Shown in pieces: positions 30,335 to 40,766 of a stretch of DNA of 64,000 nt. The translations under genes and the position numbers were made by a program. How positions within the stretch are numbered: position 1 is the first letter of the stretch; each line of letters begins with the position of its first letter. The notes beneath the pieces were generated by a model. That model saw only the letters and a list, made by a program, of their open reading frames with translations, searched no databases and was not told where the DNA came from. Source of the DNA: an uncultured Aquimarina sp. Its GTDB lineage: Bacteria; Bacteroidota; Bacteroidia; Flavobacteriales; Flavobacteriaceae. The DNA lies in the NCBI GenBank assembly GCA_947503135.1, contig CANNCQ010000002.1, positions 8,643 through 72,642 on the forward strand, given 5' to 3'.

Positions 30335-31774
30335 ATGCAAATAATTCATATTAGTGCCGAGTGTTTTCCCATAGCTAAAGTGGGAGGATTGGCGGATGTA
30401 GTTGGTGCATTGCCAAAATATCAAGAAGCCTCAGGAGTATCTTCAAGTGTCGTAATGCCTTTTTATGATAATAAATTTACTCAATCAAATAGCAAGAAAT
30501 TAAAAACGATAACAAAAGGAATTGTAAGCCTTGGGGATCAAAATTTTGATTACGTTATTTTGAAATTAAACAAAAACGTTTTAGGGTTTAATGTCCATTT
30601 AATTAAAATTGACGGATTAACCGATAAAGAAAATGTATATGGTTATTCAAATGACGTAGAACGATTTGTCGCTTTCCAAAAAGTAGCTTGTGATTATATG
30701 CTTTCTATTAAAAATAAACCTAATGTAGTTCACTGTCATGACCACCACACAGGATTTATTCCCTTTTTTATGGGTTACGGAGCCAAGTATAGTTTGTTGA
30801 AAAACATTCCATCTGTATTAACCATACATAATGCTCAATATCAAGGGGATTTTGAATATGATAAAATGCATTACTTGCCTGTTTTTAACATTGAAAATGC
30901 AGGTCTTATAGATTGGTACGGACGTATTAATCCTTTGGCAACAGCTATAAAATGTGCTTGGAGAATAACAACAGTTTCTCCTAATTATTTAAATGAATTA
31001 CAAGGGGTTGCTAATGGCTTAGAGGGGTTATTGCGTAATGAAAAAGAAAAATCACTTGGGATTTTAAATGGAATTGATACTGGGGTTTGGAATCCTAAAA
31101 CTGATTCTATGTTAGTGTCAAATTTTGATTTAAGAAGTGTAAATAAGGGTAGAAAAGGTAATAAGCAAGAGCTCTGTAAAAAGTTTGGTTTGGATGAGTC
31201 TTTACCTTTAGTAGCATTTATAGGGAGGTTTGTATATGAGAAAGGTTCCGATCTTTTAGCAGCTGCTGTTTATAATATATTAGAGGTTCAAAAGCAAAAG
31301 GTTAATATTCTTGTATTAGGGAGTGGAAACCCGGAAACAGAAAAGGAATTAAACGATTTAAAAGAAAAGATTCCAACTAACTTTAATACCTATATAGGAT
31401 ATAGCGAAGAATTATCGCATGTGATTTATGGAGGAGCAGATTTTTTATTAATGCCGTCAAGGGTAGAACCTTGCGGACTTAATCAAATGTATGCTATGCG
31501 CTATGGTATGATTCCTATTGTAAGTAATGTAGGAGGACTTAGCGATACCGTAATTGATATTGATAATGGGGATGAAGGATACGGGATTGTAATAGATAAT
31601 GTCGATATACACGAAATAAGTTTTGCAATACAAAGAGCTGTTGATGTGTATAAAAATGAAACATTCTTTAAAGCAAAGCGAAAGCAATTAATGAAAATAG
31701 AGAATAGCTGGAATAAATCAGCTAAAGAATATTTAAAAATGTATGAATCAATTATAAAATTGTCAAAAAAGTAA
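30335..31774 (+). CDS. glgA: Glycogen synthase (GT5, ADP-glucose type)
   Basis: N-terminal 'SAECFPIAKVGGLADVVGALPK'. C-terminal 'PSRVEPCGLNQMYAMRYG'. Confidence 0.88.
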   Translation: MQIIHISAECFPIAKVGGLADVVGALPKYQEASGVSSSVVMPFYDNKFTQSNSKKLKTITKGIVSLGDQNFDYVILKLNKNVLGFNVHLIKIDGLTDKENVYGYSNDVERFVAFQKVACDYMLSIKNKPNVVHCHDHHTGFIPFFMGYGAKYSLLKNIPSVLTIHNAQYQGDFEYDKMHYLPVFNIENAGLIDWYGRINPLATAIKCAWRITTVSPNYLNELQGVANGLEGLLRNEKEKSLGILNGIDTGVWNPKTDSMLVSNFDLRSVNKGRKGNKQELCKKFGLDESLPLVAFIGRFVYEKGSDLLAAAVYNILEVQKQKVNILVLGSGNPETEKELNDLKEKIPTNFNTYIGYSEELSHVIYGGADFLLMPSRVEPCGLNQMYAMRYGMIPIVSNVGGLSDTVIDIDNGDEGYGIVIDNVDIHEISFAIQRAVDVYKNETFFKAKRKQLMKIENSWNKSAKEYLKMYESIIKLSKK

Positions 31775-31777
31775 CCT

Positions 31778-33055
31778 ATGTTAAATAAAAAAGTGCTGAG
31801 TATTATCTTAGGTGGAGGAAGGGGAACACGTTTGGAGCCATTAACAAGTCATCGCTCAAAACCAGCAGTTCCTATCGCCGGAAAATATAGATTGGTAGAT
31901 ATTCCAATTTCAAATTGTTTGAACAACGATTTAAAAAGAATGTTTGTTTTAACTCAGTTTAATTCAGCGTCATTAAATTCTCATGTAAAAAACACCTACC
32001 AGTTTAGCGGATTTAGCAATGCATTTGTAGATATTTTAGCAGCAGAGCAAACTCCAGATAATCAAACATGGTTTCAGGGTACTTCGGATGCCGTAAAACA
32101 ATGTCAACATCATTTTAATAGAATTGATGATTGGGAATATGCTTTAATCCTTTCTGGAGATCAATTATACCAAATGGATTTAATGCAAATGGTAGAAGAT
32201 CACGTAAAGAGTGGTGCGGAAATTACAGTAGCAACACAGCCAGTGTCTTCAAAAGAAGCTCCCGCATTTGGTATTTTGAAAACCGATGAAAACAGTTTTA
32301 TAAAAACTTTCACAGAAAAACCTCCTTTAGAGGAACTATCAGGTTGGGAATCTGAGGTTTCTGAAAAAATGAAGTCTGAGGGGAAAGAATATTTAGCTTC
32401 TATGGGTATTTATATATTTAATAGAAAAGTGTTAGATGAGGTATTAAGTAACGATGCTGTTGATTTTGGTAAAGAAATTATTCCCGATGCAATAACAGGC
32501 GGAAGAAAAGTATATGGTTATCAATACGAAGGGTACTGGGAAGATATAGGAACAATAAAAGCTTTTTATGAAGCTAATTTAGCTTTAACGGATGATATCC
32601 CTAAATTCAATTTATTCGACAAAGAAAACACAATACTTACTAGAGCTAGAATTTTACCTCCTTGTAAAATGAATAATACAAGAATAAGTAAGGCTATGAT
32701 AAGTGAAGGGTGTATTGTTTCAGCTACTTCAATAGAGCACTCTATAATAGGTGTACGCTCTCGAATAGGAGAAGGCACAGTTATTAAGGATGCTTATATT
32801 ATGGGGGCAGATAATTATCAAACTTTAGCAGAAATTGATACGTGTTTAAAGTCAGGTAAGCCTTATATTGGAATTGGAGATAATTGTAATTTGAGCGGTG
32901 TTATTGTAGAAAAAAATTGCCGTATTGGTAATAATGTTACAATCAAAGGAGGAGATCATCTATCAGATATCGTAACCGATACTTATGTGGTTAGGGATGG
33001 TGTAATTGTAATAAAAAACAGTGCAGTTATTGCTCCTAATACAGTAATTGGTTAA
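31778..33055 (+). CDS. glgC: Glucose-1-phosphate adenylyltransferase
   Basis: 'ILGGGRGTRLEPLTSHRSKPAVPIAGKYRLVDIPISNC', followed by a left-handed beta-helix C-terminus. Starts 3 nt after glgA. Confidence 0.88.
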   Translation: MLNKKVLSIILGGGRGTRLEPLTSHRSKPAVPIAGKYRLVDIPISNCLNNDLKRMFVLTQFNSASLNSHVKNTYQFSGFSNAFVDILAAEQTPDNQTWFQGTSDAVKQCQHHFNRIDDWEYALILSGDQLYQMDLMQMVEDHVKSGAEITVATQPVSSKEAPAFGILKTDENSFIKTFTEKPPLEELSGWESEVSEKMKSEGKEYLASMGIYIFNRKVLDEVLSNDAVDFGKEIIPDAITGGRKVYGYQYEGYWEDIGTIKAFYEANLALTDDIPKFNLFDKENTILTRARILPPCKMNNTRISKAMISEGCIVSATSIEHSIIGVRSRIGEGTVIKDAYIMGADNYQTLAEIDTCLKSGKPYIGIGDNCNLSGVIVEKNCRIGNNVTIKGGDHLSDIVTDTYVVRDGVIVIKNSAVIAPNTVIG

Positions 33056-33130
33056 TATAGAATTAACCATACAATAATAAAAGACTTACTACCTAGTAGG
33101 TACTTTTTTAATAAATAATTAAATTATTAT

Positions 33131-35038
33131 ATGTCTCAAGTTCAACCGTATTCGCTATTTACAGATTTTGATATATCATTACTTAAAAGCGGTACACATT
33201 ATAATTTGTTTGAAAAGTTTGGAGCTCATGTAATTACTCTCAACGGGGTTGAAGGCACTTATTTTTCGGTATGGGCACCCTCAGCAAAAACAGTTTCTGT
33301 AATAGGGAATTTTAATTATTGGTCAGGTAATGAGCATCAATTAAATGTACGTTGGGATAGCTCTGGGGTTTGGGAAGGTTTTATACCGGGTATAGGTCAT
33401 GGTGAGTTATATAAATATAAAATTGAATCTCATAATAATGGCATTGTAACCGAAAAGGCAGATCCGTATGGTAGGCTATGTGAATTACCACCCAAAACAG
33501 CTTCTATCGTTCAGAATGCATCTACTTATAAGTGGGAAGACACTGCCTGGATGAGTTATCGTAAGGATAAAAATGGATTGGATAAGCCTTATGCGGTATA
33601 CGAGGTTCATTTAGAATCTTGGAAAAAGAATGCTAATAATGAAAACTTAAGTTTTAAAGAGTTAGCTAAAGATTTAGTAGATTATGTAAAAGCAATGAAT
33701 TTTACTCACGTAGAATTTATGCCTATTATGGAGTATCCATTTTCTCCTTCATGGGGTTATCAACTCACCGGATATTATGCTCCAAGTTCGCGATTTGGTC
33801 AACCAGACGACCTTAAATATTTAATCGATCAATTTCACCAAAATGATATAGGGGTATTGATAGATTGGGTACCTTCTCATTTTCCAGAAGATGCTCATGG
33901 TTTAGGAATGTTTGATGGGTCCCATTTATATGAATATCCAGATCCTCGTAAAGGATATCATCCAGATTGGAAAAGTTTAATATTTAACTATAGTCGAAAC
34001 GAGGTAAAAGCATTTTTGATTAGTAATGCTGTATTTTGGCTACAAGAATTTCATATCGATGGTTTAAGAGTAGATGCAGTAGCTTCAATGTTATACTTAG
34101 ATTATTCAAGAGAACAAGGAGGTTGGGAGCCTAATATTTACGGAGGTAATGAAAACTTAGAAGCTAAAGATTTTTTAATAGCTTTAAATAAAGAAATTTA
34201 TACTCGCTTTGATGGAGTACAAACCATAGCGGAAGAATCTACCGCTTTTCCAGGAGTTACCAAACCTGTAGCGTATGGAGGCCTAGGTTTTGGAATGAAG
34301 TGGATGATGGGTTGGATGAATGATACCTTGAACTATTTTTCTAAAGACACTTTTTTTAGACAATACCACCAAAATGATATTACGTTTAGTTTAGCCTATG
34401 CTTTTAGTGAAAATTTTATGTTACCCTTATCCCATGATGAGGTAGTGCATGGCAAAAAATCGTTGATATATAAAATGCCGGGTGACGATTGGCAACGTTT
34501 TGCTAATTTAAGGGTAATGTTGGGTTTAATGTATATGCACCCAGGAACTAAACTATTGTTTATGGGTAGTGAGTTTGCCCAAACTTCTGAATGGAATTCT
34601 GAACAGAGTTTAGATTGGCATTTACTTAAGTATGAGCCTCATCATAAATTTCAGTCTTACATGAAAGAATTGAATTTAATCTATCAAAAAGAGCCTGCTT
34701 TATTTGAAAAAGGATTTAGTGGAGAAGGTTTTGAATGGATATCATTAGATGACAACCAAAACTCGGTGATGAGTTTTATTCGTAAAGGCCATGATGTGCA
34801 AAACGATTTGATTGTATTATGTAATTTTACCCCTGAGGTAAGAGAAAATTATGGTATTGGCGTTCATAAAAAAGGTAAATGGAAAGAAATTTTTAATTCT
34901 GATTTAGAAGAATATTATGGAAGCGGGGTTAAAAATGAAAATATCTTAAAAGTAACGAGTAAAAAACTACACAATAAAAAATATTCACTTTTTTTGACAC
35001 TACCACCGTTATCGGTAATTGTTTTAAAGAGTATATAA
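33131..35038 (+). CDS. glgB: 1,4-alpha-glucan branching enzyme (GH13)
   Basis: GH13 conserved regions 'GVLIDWVPSHF', 'DGLRVDAVASM', 'TIAEEST' and 'LPLSHDEVVHGK'. Confidence 0.9.
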   Translation: MSQVQPYSLFTDFDISLLKSGTHYNLFEKFGAHVITLNGVEGTYFSVWAPSAKTVSVIGNFNYWSGNEHQLNVRWDSSGVWEGFIPGIGHGELYKYKIESHNNGIVTEKADPYGRLCELPPKTASIVQNASTYKWEDTAWMSYRKDKNGLDKPYAVYEVHLESWKKNANNENLSFKELAKDLVDYVKAMNFTHVEFMPIMEYPFSPSWGYQLTGYYAPSSRFGQPDDLKYLIDQFHQNDIGVLIDWVPSHFPEDAHGLGMFDGSHLYEYPDPRKGYHPDWKSLIFNYSRNEVKAFLISNAVFWLQEFHIDGLRVDAVASMLYLDYSREQGGWEPNIYGGNENLEAKDFLIALNKEIYTRFDGVQTIAEESTAFPGVTKPVAYGGLGFGMKWMMGWMNDTLNYFSKDTFFRQYHQNDITFSLAYAFSENFMLPLSHDEVVHGKKSLIYKMPGDDWQRFANLRVMLGLMYMHPGTKLLFMGSEFAQTSEWNSEQSLDWHLLKYEPHHKFQSYMKELNLIYQKEPALFEKGFSGEGFEWISLDDNQNSVMSFIRKGHDVQNDLIVLCNFTPEVRENYGIGVHKKGKWKEIFNSDLEEYYGSGVKNENILKVTSKKLHNKKYSLFLTLPPLSVIVLKSI

Positions 35039-35114
35039 TTTAACTTTATATAATAGCTTAAATAGTACTCTAAGGAGTGATATTTATAATCTTTGAAAAA
35101 AACTAATAATTGTT

Positions 35115-37514
35115 ATGATTTTAAATGAAGAAATTGAAAAAAAGGGAAATCAATACCCCAATCATATAATTAAGCAGGATAAAGAATTAGATACTTTTTA
35201 TTTTCATACGGCGAATAGAGTAATACTTCAAGTAACAGTGCTTAGAGATAGCGTAGTTCGCTTTAGATATACAACTACTAATAAATTTGAAGAAGACTTT
35301 TCCTATGCTATTGATAAGAACCCAACTATAGGATTTAATTTTTTAGAATTAAAAGAAGAAACTAATGAATATATTATTGAAACAACGAAAATAAAGATTC
35401 GAATTTCAAAAGACGATTTAAGAAAAACTATTCATTGTGCAGAAACTAATAATGTAATTTTAAAGGACGAGCAAGGATTTCATTGGGAAGAAAGTTATGA
35501 GCTAGGAAATGATATTGTAAAAATGAGTAAAGTATCTGAAGATGCTGAAAATTTTTATGGTTTAGGTGATAAACCAATGCATTTAAACTTAAAAGGAAAA
35601 CGCCTTGAAAATTGGGCAACCGATTCTTATGCTTTTGGTACAGAAACAGATCCAATTTATAAGTCAATTCCTTTTTATGTAGGTCTTCATCATAATGTAG
35701 CCTACGGTATCTTCTTCGATAATACGTTTCGCACTTACTTTGATTTTTGTAGTGAACGACGCCAAGTAACTAGTTTTTGGGCACAGGGAGGAGAAATGAA
35801 TTATTATTTTATTCACGGTCCAAAAATAGAAGAGGTAGTCGAAAAATATACACATCTTACCGGAGTACCAGAACTACCACCACTATGGGCTTTAGGTTTT
35901 CACCAATGTAAATGGAGTTACTATCCTGAAGAAAAAGTAAAAGAAATTACAGGTAAATTTAGAGATTTACAAATACCTTGTGATGCTATTTATTTAGATA
36001 TCGATTACATGGAAGGTTTCCGTTGTTTTACATGGGATAAGGAAAAATTTCCAGAGCCTGTTCGTATGGTTAAAGAGTTAGCCGATGATGGATTTAAAAC
36101 CGTAGTGATTATTGATCCAGGAATCAAAATAGATTATGATTACGATGTGTTTTTAGAAGGTTTAGAGAACGATTATTTTTGTAAACGTGCCGATGGACCG
36201 TATATGAAAGGTAAGGTATGGCCTGGAGAATGTTACTTCCCAGACTTTACAAAACCCGAAGTTCGCGAATGGTGGGCCGGATTATTTAAAGGGTTAATAG
36301 AAGAAACCGGTGTAGCTGGTGTTTGGAATGACATGAACGAACCTGCGGTAATGGACGTGCCAGGAAAATCTTTCCCTGATGATGTACGCCATGATTACGA
36401 TGGAAATCCTTGTAGCCATAGAAAAGCACACAATATTTATGGAATGCAAATGGCTAGAGCAACATACCATGGAGTAAAAAACTCTGCACGCCCTAATAGG
36501 CCTTTTGTAATTACCAGATCAGCATATTCGGGAACTCAGCGTTATACAAGTACTTGGATGGGGGATAATATTGCTTCATGGGAACATTTGGTAGTTGCCA
36601 ACCGTCAAATACAACGCATGTGTATGTCTGGATATTCTTTTGCAGGTACAGATATTGGTGGTTTTGCACAACAACCTAATGGCGAATTATTTGCACGTTG
36701 GATTCAATTAGGAGTTTTTCATCCTTTCTTTAGGGTACACTCTAGTGGAGATCATGGCGAACAAGAACCTTGGTCTTTCGGAGAAGAAATTACAGACATT
36801 TCCAGAAAATTTATAGAATTACGCTACGAGTTATTGCCGTACATATACACTGCCTTTTGGAAATATATAGAGCATGGTACACCAATATTAAAGTCTTTAG
36901 TAATGTACGATCAAAGCGATGTGCAAACACATTATCGTACAGATGAATTTATTTTTGGAGAAAAAATATTGGTTTGTCCAATTAATGAACCTAATGCCAA
37001 AGGAAGACGTATGTATATTCCTAAAGGAATTTGGTTTGACTATTGGTCAAATACAGTACTCAAGGGAGGAAAAGAATATTGGATTGATGCAGATTTAGAC
37101 TCCATGCCTATATTTATTAAAGCAGGAGCTGTAATAGCAAGGAATCCAATTCAACAATATGTTGGGGAAAAGGAAATCACCGAATTAACTTTGGATTGTT
37201 ATTATATAGATGGTGAAGATAAATCGAATTTATATGAGGATGATAACGATGGTTATGGTTACAAAAAAGGAGATTTTAGTAGACGCACTTTTAGAAATGT
37301 AGGTAAAGACGGTGAAATTATTTTACAGCAACACAAGCGCGGTAAATTTGTTACCACTTATGATACCTTCAAAATAAGATTAATAGGAAGTCCTTTTGAA
37401 ATTAAAACTATTGAACTCGATAATGAGTTAATTACTCCAGAAATCACTTACGAAGAAGGAATTGCGACTTTTGTAGTAACTAAAGATTTTACGGAGTTAC
37501 ATATAGAATCTTAA
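35115..37514 (+). CDS. Glycoside hydrolase family 31 alpha-glucosidase
   Basis: Catalytic nucleophile region 'GVWNDMNEP' and acid/base region 'STWMGDN'. The stop overlaps the convergent GT2 stop (4-nt overlap, no terminator). Confidence 0.85.
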   Translation: MILNEEIEKKGNQYPNHIIKQDKELDTFYFHTANRVILQVTVLRDSVVRFRYTTTNKFEEDFSYAIDKNPTIGFNFLELKEETNEYIIETTKIKIRISKDDLRKTIHCAETNNVILKDEQGFHWEESYELGNDIVKMSKVSEDAENFYGLGDKPMHLNLKGKRLENWATDSYAFGTETDPIYKSIPFYVGLHHNVAYGIFFDNTFRTYFDFCSERRQVTSFWAQGGEMNYYFIHGPKIEEVVEKYTHLTGVPELPPLWALGFHQCKWSYYPEEKVKEITGKFRDLQIPCDAIYLDIDYMEGFRCFTWDKEKFPEPVRMVKELADDGFKTVVIIDPGIKIDYDYDVFLEGLENDYFCKRADGPYMKGKVWPGECYFPDFTKPEVREWWAGLFKGLIEETGVAGVWNDMNEPAVMDVPGKSFPDDVRHDYDGNPCSHRKAHNIYGMQMARATYHGVKNSARPNRPFVITRSAYSGTQRYTSTWMGDNIASWEHLVVANRQIQRMCMSGYSFAGTDIGGFAQQPNGELFARWIQLGVFHPFFRVHSSGDHGEQEPWSFGEEITDISRKFIELRYELLPYIYTAFWKYIEHGTPILKSLVMYDQSDVQTHYRTDEFIFGEKILVCPINEPNAKGRRMYIPKGIWFDYWSNTVLKGGKEYWIDADLDSMPIFIKAGAVIARNPIQQYVGEKEITELTLDCYYIDGEDKSNLYEDDNDGYGYKKGDFSRRTFRNVGKDGEIILQQHKRGKFVTTYDTFKIRLIGSPFEIKTIELDNELITPEITYEEGIATFVVTKDFTELHIES

Positions 37515-38506
37515 TTTTTATACTTCTTAAAAACAAAATAATCCATTACAATACTTTTAGTGTTGTAGTGGATTTCTTTTTTAGAGATGTTCTTTCTCTT
37601 TTTTAAAGTTGAAGGCAAGTTCTTGTAAAAACTAAAATGTGCTCTTAAAATCGCAAAAAAGTGTTTGGGTTTCATTTGTATCAAAAATTGAACTCCTGCC
37701 AAACCATCTAAAAGCATTCTTAAAAATAGAACACAGAAAACCTTAGTTCCTTTTACATTTTTTAAAATAGAATACAATGAGTTTCTAAAATTTAAAAAAG
37801 TCTTCTGTGGACTTACGTAAGCTAAGGAAGCTCCTCCTACGTGATATATTGTTGAGGTACCGCAATACATTACCTTTTTACCGTGATTATGTAATCGCCA
37901 GCAGAGGTCAATTTCTTCTTGATGTGCAAAGTAATCACTGTCCAAACCTCCAACATTCCAAAAATCAGCACTTCGTATAAAAAAGCACGCCCCCGATGCC
38001 CAAAAAATTTCCGCAGTATCGTTGTATTGTCCGTTATCTTTTTCGATAGAATCAAAAACGCGTCCTCTACAATAAGGATACCCTAAACCATCAATTAAAC
38101 CGCCACCAGCACCAGCGTATTCAAAATATTCTTTATTCGAATAATCTAATGTTTTAGGTTGAATAGCAGAAATAGTGTTGTCTTCAAACAACTCTAAAAT
38201 GGGAAGAAGCCAATTTTTAGTTACTTCCACATCACTATTTAATAAACAATAATAGGGTTCATTAATTTGTTTTAATCCTTTTTGATATCCGCCTGCATAG
38301 CCAAAATTATTAGCTAATGGTATTACAGAAATCTGCGAATATTGTTTTTTTAGCCAATTTATAGAATCATCGGTTGATGCATTGTCTATAACATAAATTT
38401 TTGCTTCTTCACTAAATTCTAAAACCACGGGTAAGAATTGCTGTAATAAAGCTTTTCCATTCCAATTTAAAATTACTATAGCTAATTGACTAGTTGTTAC
38501 TTTCAT
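37511..38506 (-). CDS. Glycosyltransferase family 2
   Basis: 'LAIVILNWNGKALLQQFLP', 'VIDNASTDDS' and a DxD-like 'NSDVEV'. Confidence 0.8.
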   Translation of the reverse strand: MKVTTSQLAIVILNWNGKALLQQFLPVVLEFSEEAKIYVIDNASTDDSINWLKKQYSQISVIPLANNFGYAGGYQKGLKQINEPYYCLLNSDVEVTKNWLLPILELFEDNTISAIQPKTLDYSNKEYFEYAGAGGGLIDGLGYPYCRGRVFDSIEKDNGQYNDTAEIFWASGACFFIRSADFWNVGGLDSDYFAHQEEIDLCWRLHNHGKKVMYCGTSTIYHVGGASLAYVSPQKTFLNFRNSLYSILKNVKGTKVFCVLFLRMLLDGLAGVQFLIQMKPKHFFAILRAHFSFYKNLPSTLKKRKNISKKEIHYNTKSIVMDYFVFKKYKN

Positions 38507-38527
38507 TGCTGTTTTAAGATCAAAAAA

Positions 38528-38977
38528 TTAATGAGCACTATAAATAGGTAATTCTTTTAAAAAGTAGTATCCCTCAGTTTCATAATCTATATTACAGAAA
38601 TAATGTTCCAAGCCATTAGTAACCATTAAAAATTCCGAATTTAAAGCTAAGTTATAGCGTGCAATTTGGTCGAATACCTGTTGCGTAATTTTAATTTTGG
38701 GAGCTTTGCATTCTACCATTAAGTAAATGCTACCATCAGGCCTGTAGGTTACAATGTCATAACGCTTTTTAGTACCGTTAACAGTAAGCTCTTTTTCAAC
38801 GTTAATTAAACTTTGCGGGTGTTGCTTTTCGTTTATTAAAAAATGAATTACATGTTGACGCACCCATTCTTCTGGCGTAAGCACAATAAATTTTTTACGA
38901 ATGATATCAAAAATAGCCATCTTATTTTCGCTATTTTTGATTCTGAAATTATAAGGCGGAAACGCTAAATTTTGCAT
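38528..38977 (-). CDS. Stand-alone HsdR_N-like (PD-(D/E)xK nuclease fold) domain protein
   Basis: 'IFDIIRKKFIVLTPEEWVRQHVIHFL' and 'YDIVTY...YLMVECKAP' (D...ExK-like). 149 aa. No HsdM, HsdS or helicase domain nearby. Confidence 0.6.
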   Translation of the reverse strand: MQNLAFPPYNFRIKNSENKMAIFDIIRKKFIVLTPEEWVRQHVIHFLINEKQHPQSLINVEKELTVNGTKKRYDIVTYRPDGSIYLMVECKAPKIKITQQVFDQIARYNLALNSEFLMVTNGLEHYFCNIDYETEGYYFLKELPIYSAH

Positions 38978-39026
38978 TTATTAATTACTGTAATTAAGGT
39001 AAAGATAAGTACTTCAATATAATTTA

Positions 39027-40031
39027 ATGACAGAAGCTAAAAGCATTTTAAAGGATATTAAAGCCAAAAAATATAAACCTATTTATTTTCTAGGAGGGGA
39101 AGAGCCTTATTTTATTGATGTAATTTCCGATTACATTCAAAATAATGTATTGGAGGAGCACGAGCGCGATTTTAACCAAACTATACTTTATGGTAAAGAA
39201 ACCAATGCGGGAGAAATATTAAGTGTTGTAAAACGTTTCCCTATGATGGCAGATTACCAAGTGGTAATCGTTAAGGAAGCGCAAAGTTTAGGAAAGCAAA
39301 TTGATTTACTTACAGGTTATTTTGAAGCTCCGCTAATGTCTACTATTTTGGTGTTTTGTAGCAAGTATAAAAAACCAGATAAACGCAAAAAAGCTTCTAA
39401 ATTAATTGCCAAAAACGGCGTGCTGTTTGAAAGTAAAAAATTATACGAAAATCAAATAGGCGATTTTATAACAGGGGTATTGAGTAATAAAGGATATAAA
39501 ATTGAGCCCAAAGCGAGTTTAATGTTAATTGAGTTTTTAGGTACTGATTTGGCTAAAGTTATGAATGAACTTGATAAGCTTCAAATTATAATTCCAAAAG
39601 GAAGCACAATTACGGCTAAAGACGTTGAAGTAAATATAGGTATTAGTAAAGATTTTAATGTATTTGAATTAAATAAAGCGATAGGGAATAAAGAGCAACT
39701 CAAAGCATATAAAATTTGTAATTACTTTATGGAAAATCCTAAAGAAAAGCCATTAGTAGTTACAATTTCGTTGTTATTTACTCATTTTTCTAGAATAATG
39801 CAGTATCATGGCTTAAGTGATAAATCGGATAATAATGTGGCATCTAAGTTAAAAGTGAATCGTTTTTTTGTACAAGATTATGCTATTGCAGCGCGTAACT
39901 ATCCAATGAAAAAAGTAAGCTTCATTATCGAAAAAATACGAGATGCAGATGTTAAAAGCAAAGGGGTTGGAGCTAGCCAGTTTGGTCAATCGGATATTTT
40001 AAGAGAATTATTAGTGCAAATTTTCAGTTAG
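39027..40031 (+). CDS. holA: DNA polymerase III subunit delta
   Basis: 'YKPIYFLGGEEPYFID', size 334 aa and helical C-terminal domains typical of HolA. Confidence 0.8.
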   Translation: MTEAKSILKDIKAKKYKPIYFLGGEEPYFIDVISDYIQNNVLEEHERDFNQTILYGKETNAGEILSVVKRFPMMADYQVVIVKEAQSLGKQIDLLTGYFEAPLMSTILVFCSKYKKPDKRKKASKLIAKNGVLFESKKLYENQIGDFITGVLSNKGYKIEPKASLMLIEFLGTDLAKVMNELDKLQIIIPKGSTITAKDVEVNIGISKDFNVFELNKAIGNKEQLKAYKICNYFMENPKEKPLVVTISLLFTHFSRIMQYHGLSDKSDNNVASKLKVNRFFVQDYAIAARNYPMKKVSFIIEKIRDADVKSKGVGASQFGQSDILRELLVQIFS

Positions 40032-40106
40032 CAAACAGGTTGCTTATTTTTGCACTTTATTTAAAGTAAAGTAGCAACATTAGTCTTGTAGCTTAAAGCC
40101 ATAGTA

Positions 40107-40688
40107 ATGAAAATAGTTATAATAAATTACGGAGCAGGAAACATTCAGAGTATTAAGTTTGCTATTGAAAGGTTAGGATATACCGCTGTTTTAAGTGATA
40201 ATGTTGAAGAAATACAAACTGCCGATAAAGTAATTTTTCCAGGAGTAGGAGAGGCAAGCAGTGCCATGAAAAAACTTAAGGAAAGTGGGTTAGATACCTT
40301 AATACCTCAATTAAAACAACCTGTTTTAGGAATTTGTTTAGGAATGCAATTAATGTGTAACTCCACAGAAGAAGGAAACACTGAGGGTTTAGGGATTTTT
40401 AATGTAGATGTAGTAAAGTTTAATACTACCGTAAAAGTACCTCAAATAGGGTGGAATCAAATTAGGGAATTTAAATCTGAAATTTTTAATAACATTAAAG
40501 TTGATAGTTACATTTATTTAGTACACAGCTTTTACGCTCCTATTTGTGAATATACAGCAAGTGTTACCGATTATGGTGTTAACTACAGTTCGGCATTGCA
40601 AAAAAATAATTTTTACGGAACCCAGTTTCATCCTGAAAAAAGCAGTGATGTCGGGGAACAAATTTTAGAGAATTTTTTAAAATTATAA
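40107..40688 (+). CDS. hisH: Imidazole glycerol phosphate synthase, glutamine amidotransferase subunit
   Basis: 'VIFPGVGEASSAM', nucleophile 'GICLGMQLM' and 'GTQFHPEKS'. Confidence 0.92.
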   Translation: MKIVIINYGAGNIQSIKFAIERLGYTAVLSDNVEEIQTADKVIFPGVGEASSAMKKLKESGLDTLIPQLKQPVLGICLGMQLMCNSTEEGNTEGLGIFNVDVVKFNTTVKVPQIGWNQIREFKSEIFNNIKVDSYIYLVHSFYAPICEYTASVTDYGVNYSSALQKNNFYGTQFHPEKSSDVGEQILENFLKL

Positions 40689-40725
40689 GCATAAAGAACA
40701 AAGGAATTAGCGACTAGATTTTTAC

Positions 40726-40757
40726 ATCTATGTTCTACTATCTATGTTCTACTATCC
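40726..40757 (+). repeat. Tandem 14-nt repeat atctatgttctact x2 plus partial third copy (atcc)
   Basis: Read directly in the hisH-hisA spacer. Ends 10 nt before the hisA ATG. Confidence 0.9.
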
Positions 40758-40766
40758 AAAAAAGAA

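Noticed and set aside
38528-38977. Type I restriction-modification system suggested by the HsdR_N-like domain
   Set aside because: No HsdM, HsdS, helicase or any other defence gene is present anywhere in the window, so a single small domain protein does not make an R-M system.
40032-40106. His-codon leader peptide or attenuator upstream of hisH
   Set aside because: There is no small ORF with consecutive His codons. Only a weak 5-bp hairpin (agcaa/ttgct) that fits a holA terminator.
40726-40757. CRISPR-like or minisatellite array
   Set aside because: Only 2.3 contiguous copies of a 14-mer with no spacers, which is a simple tandem duplication.
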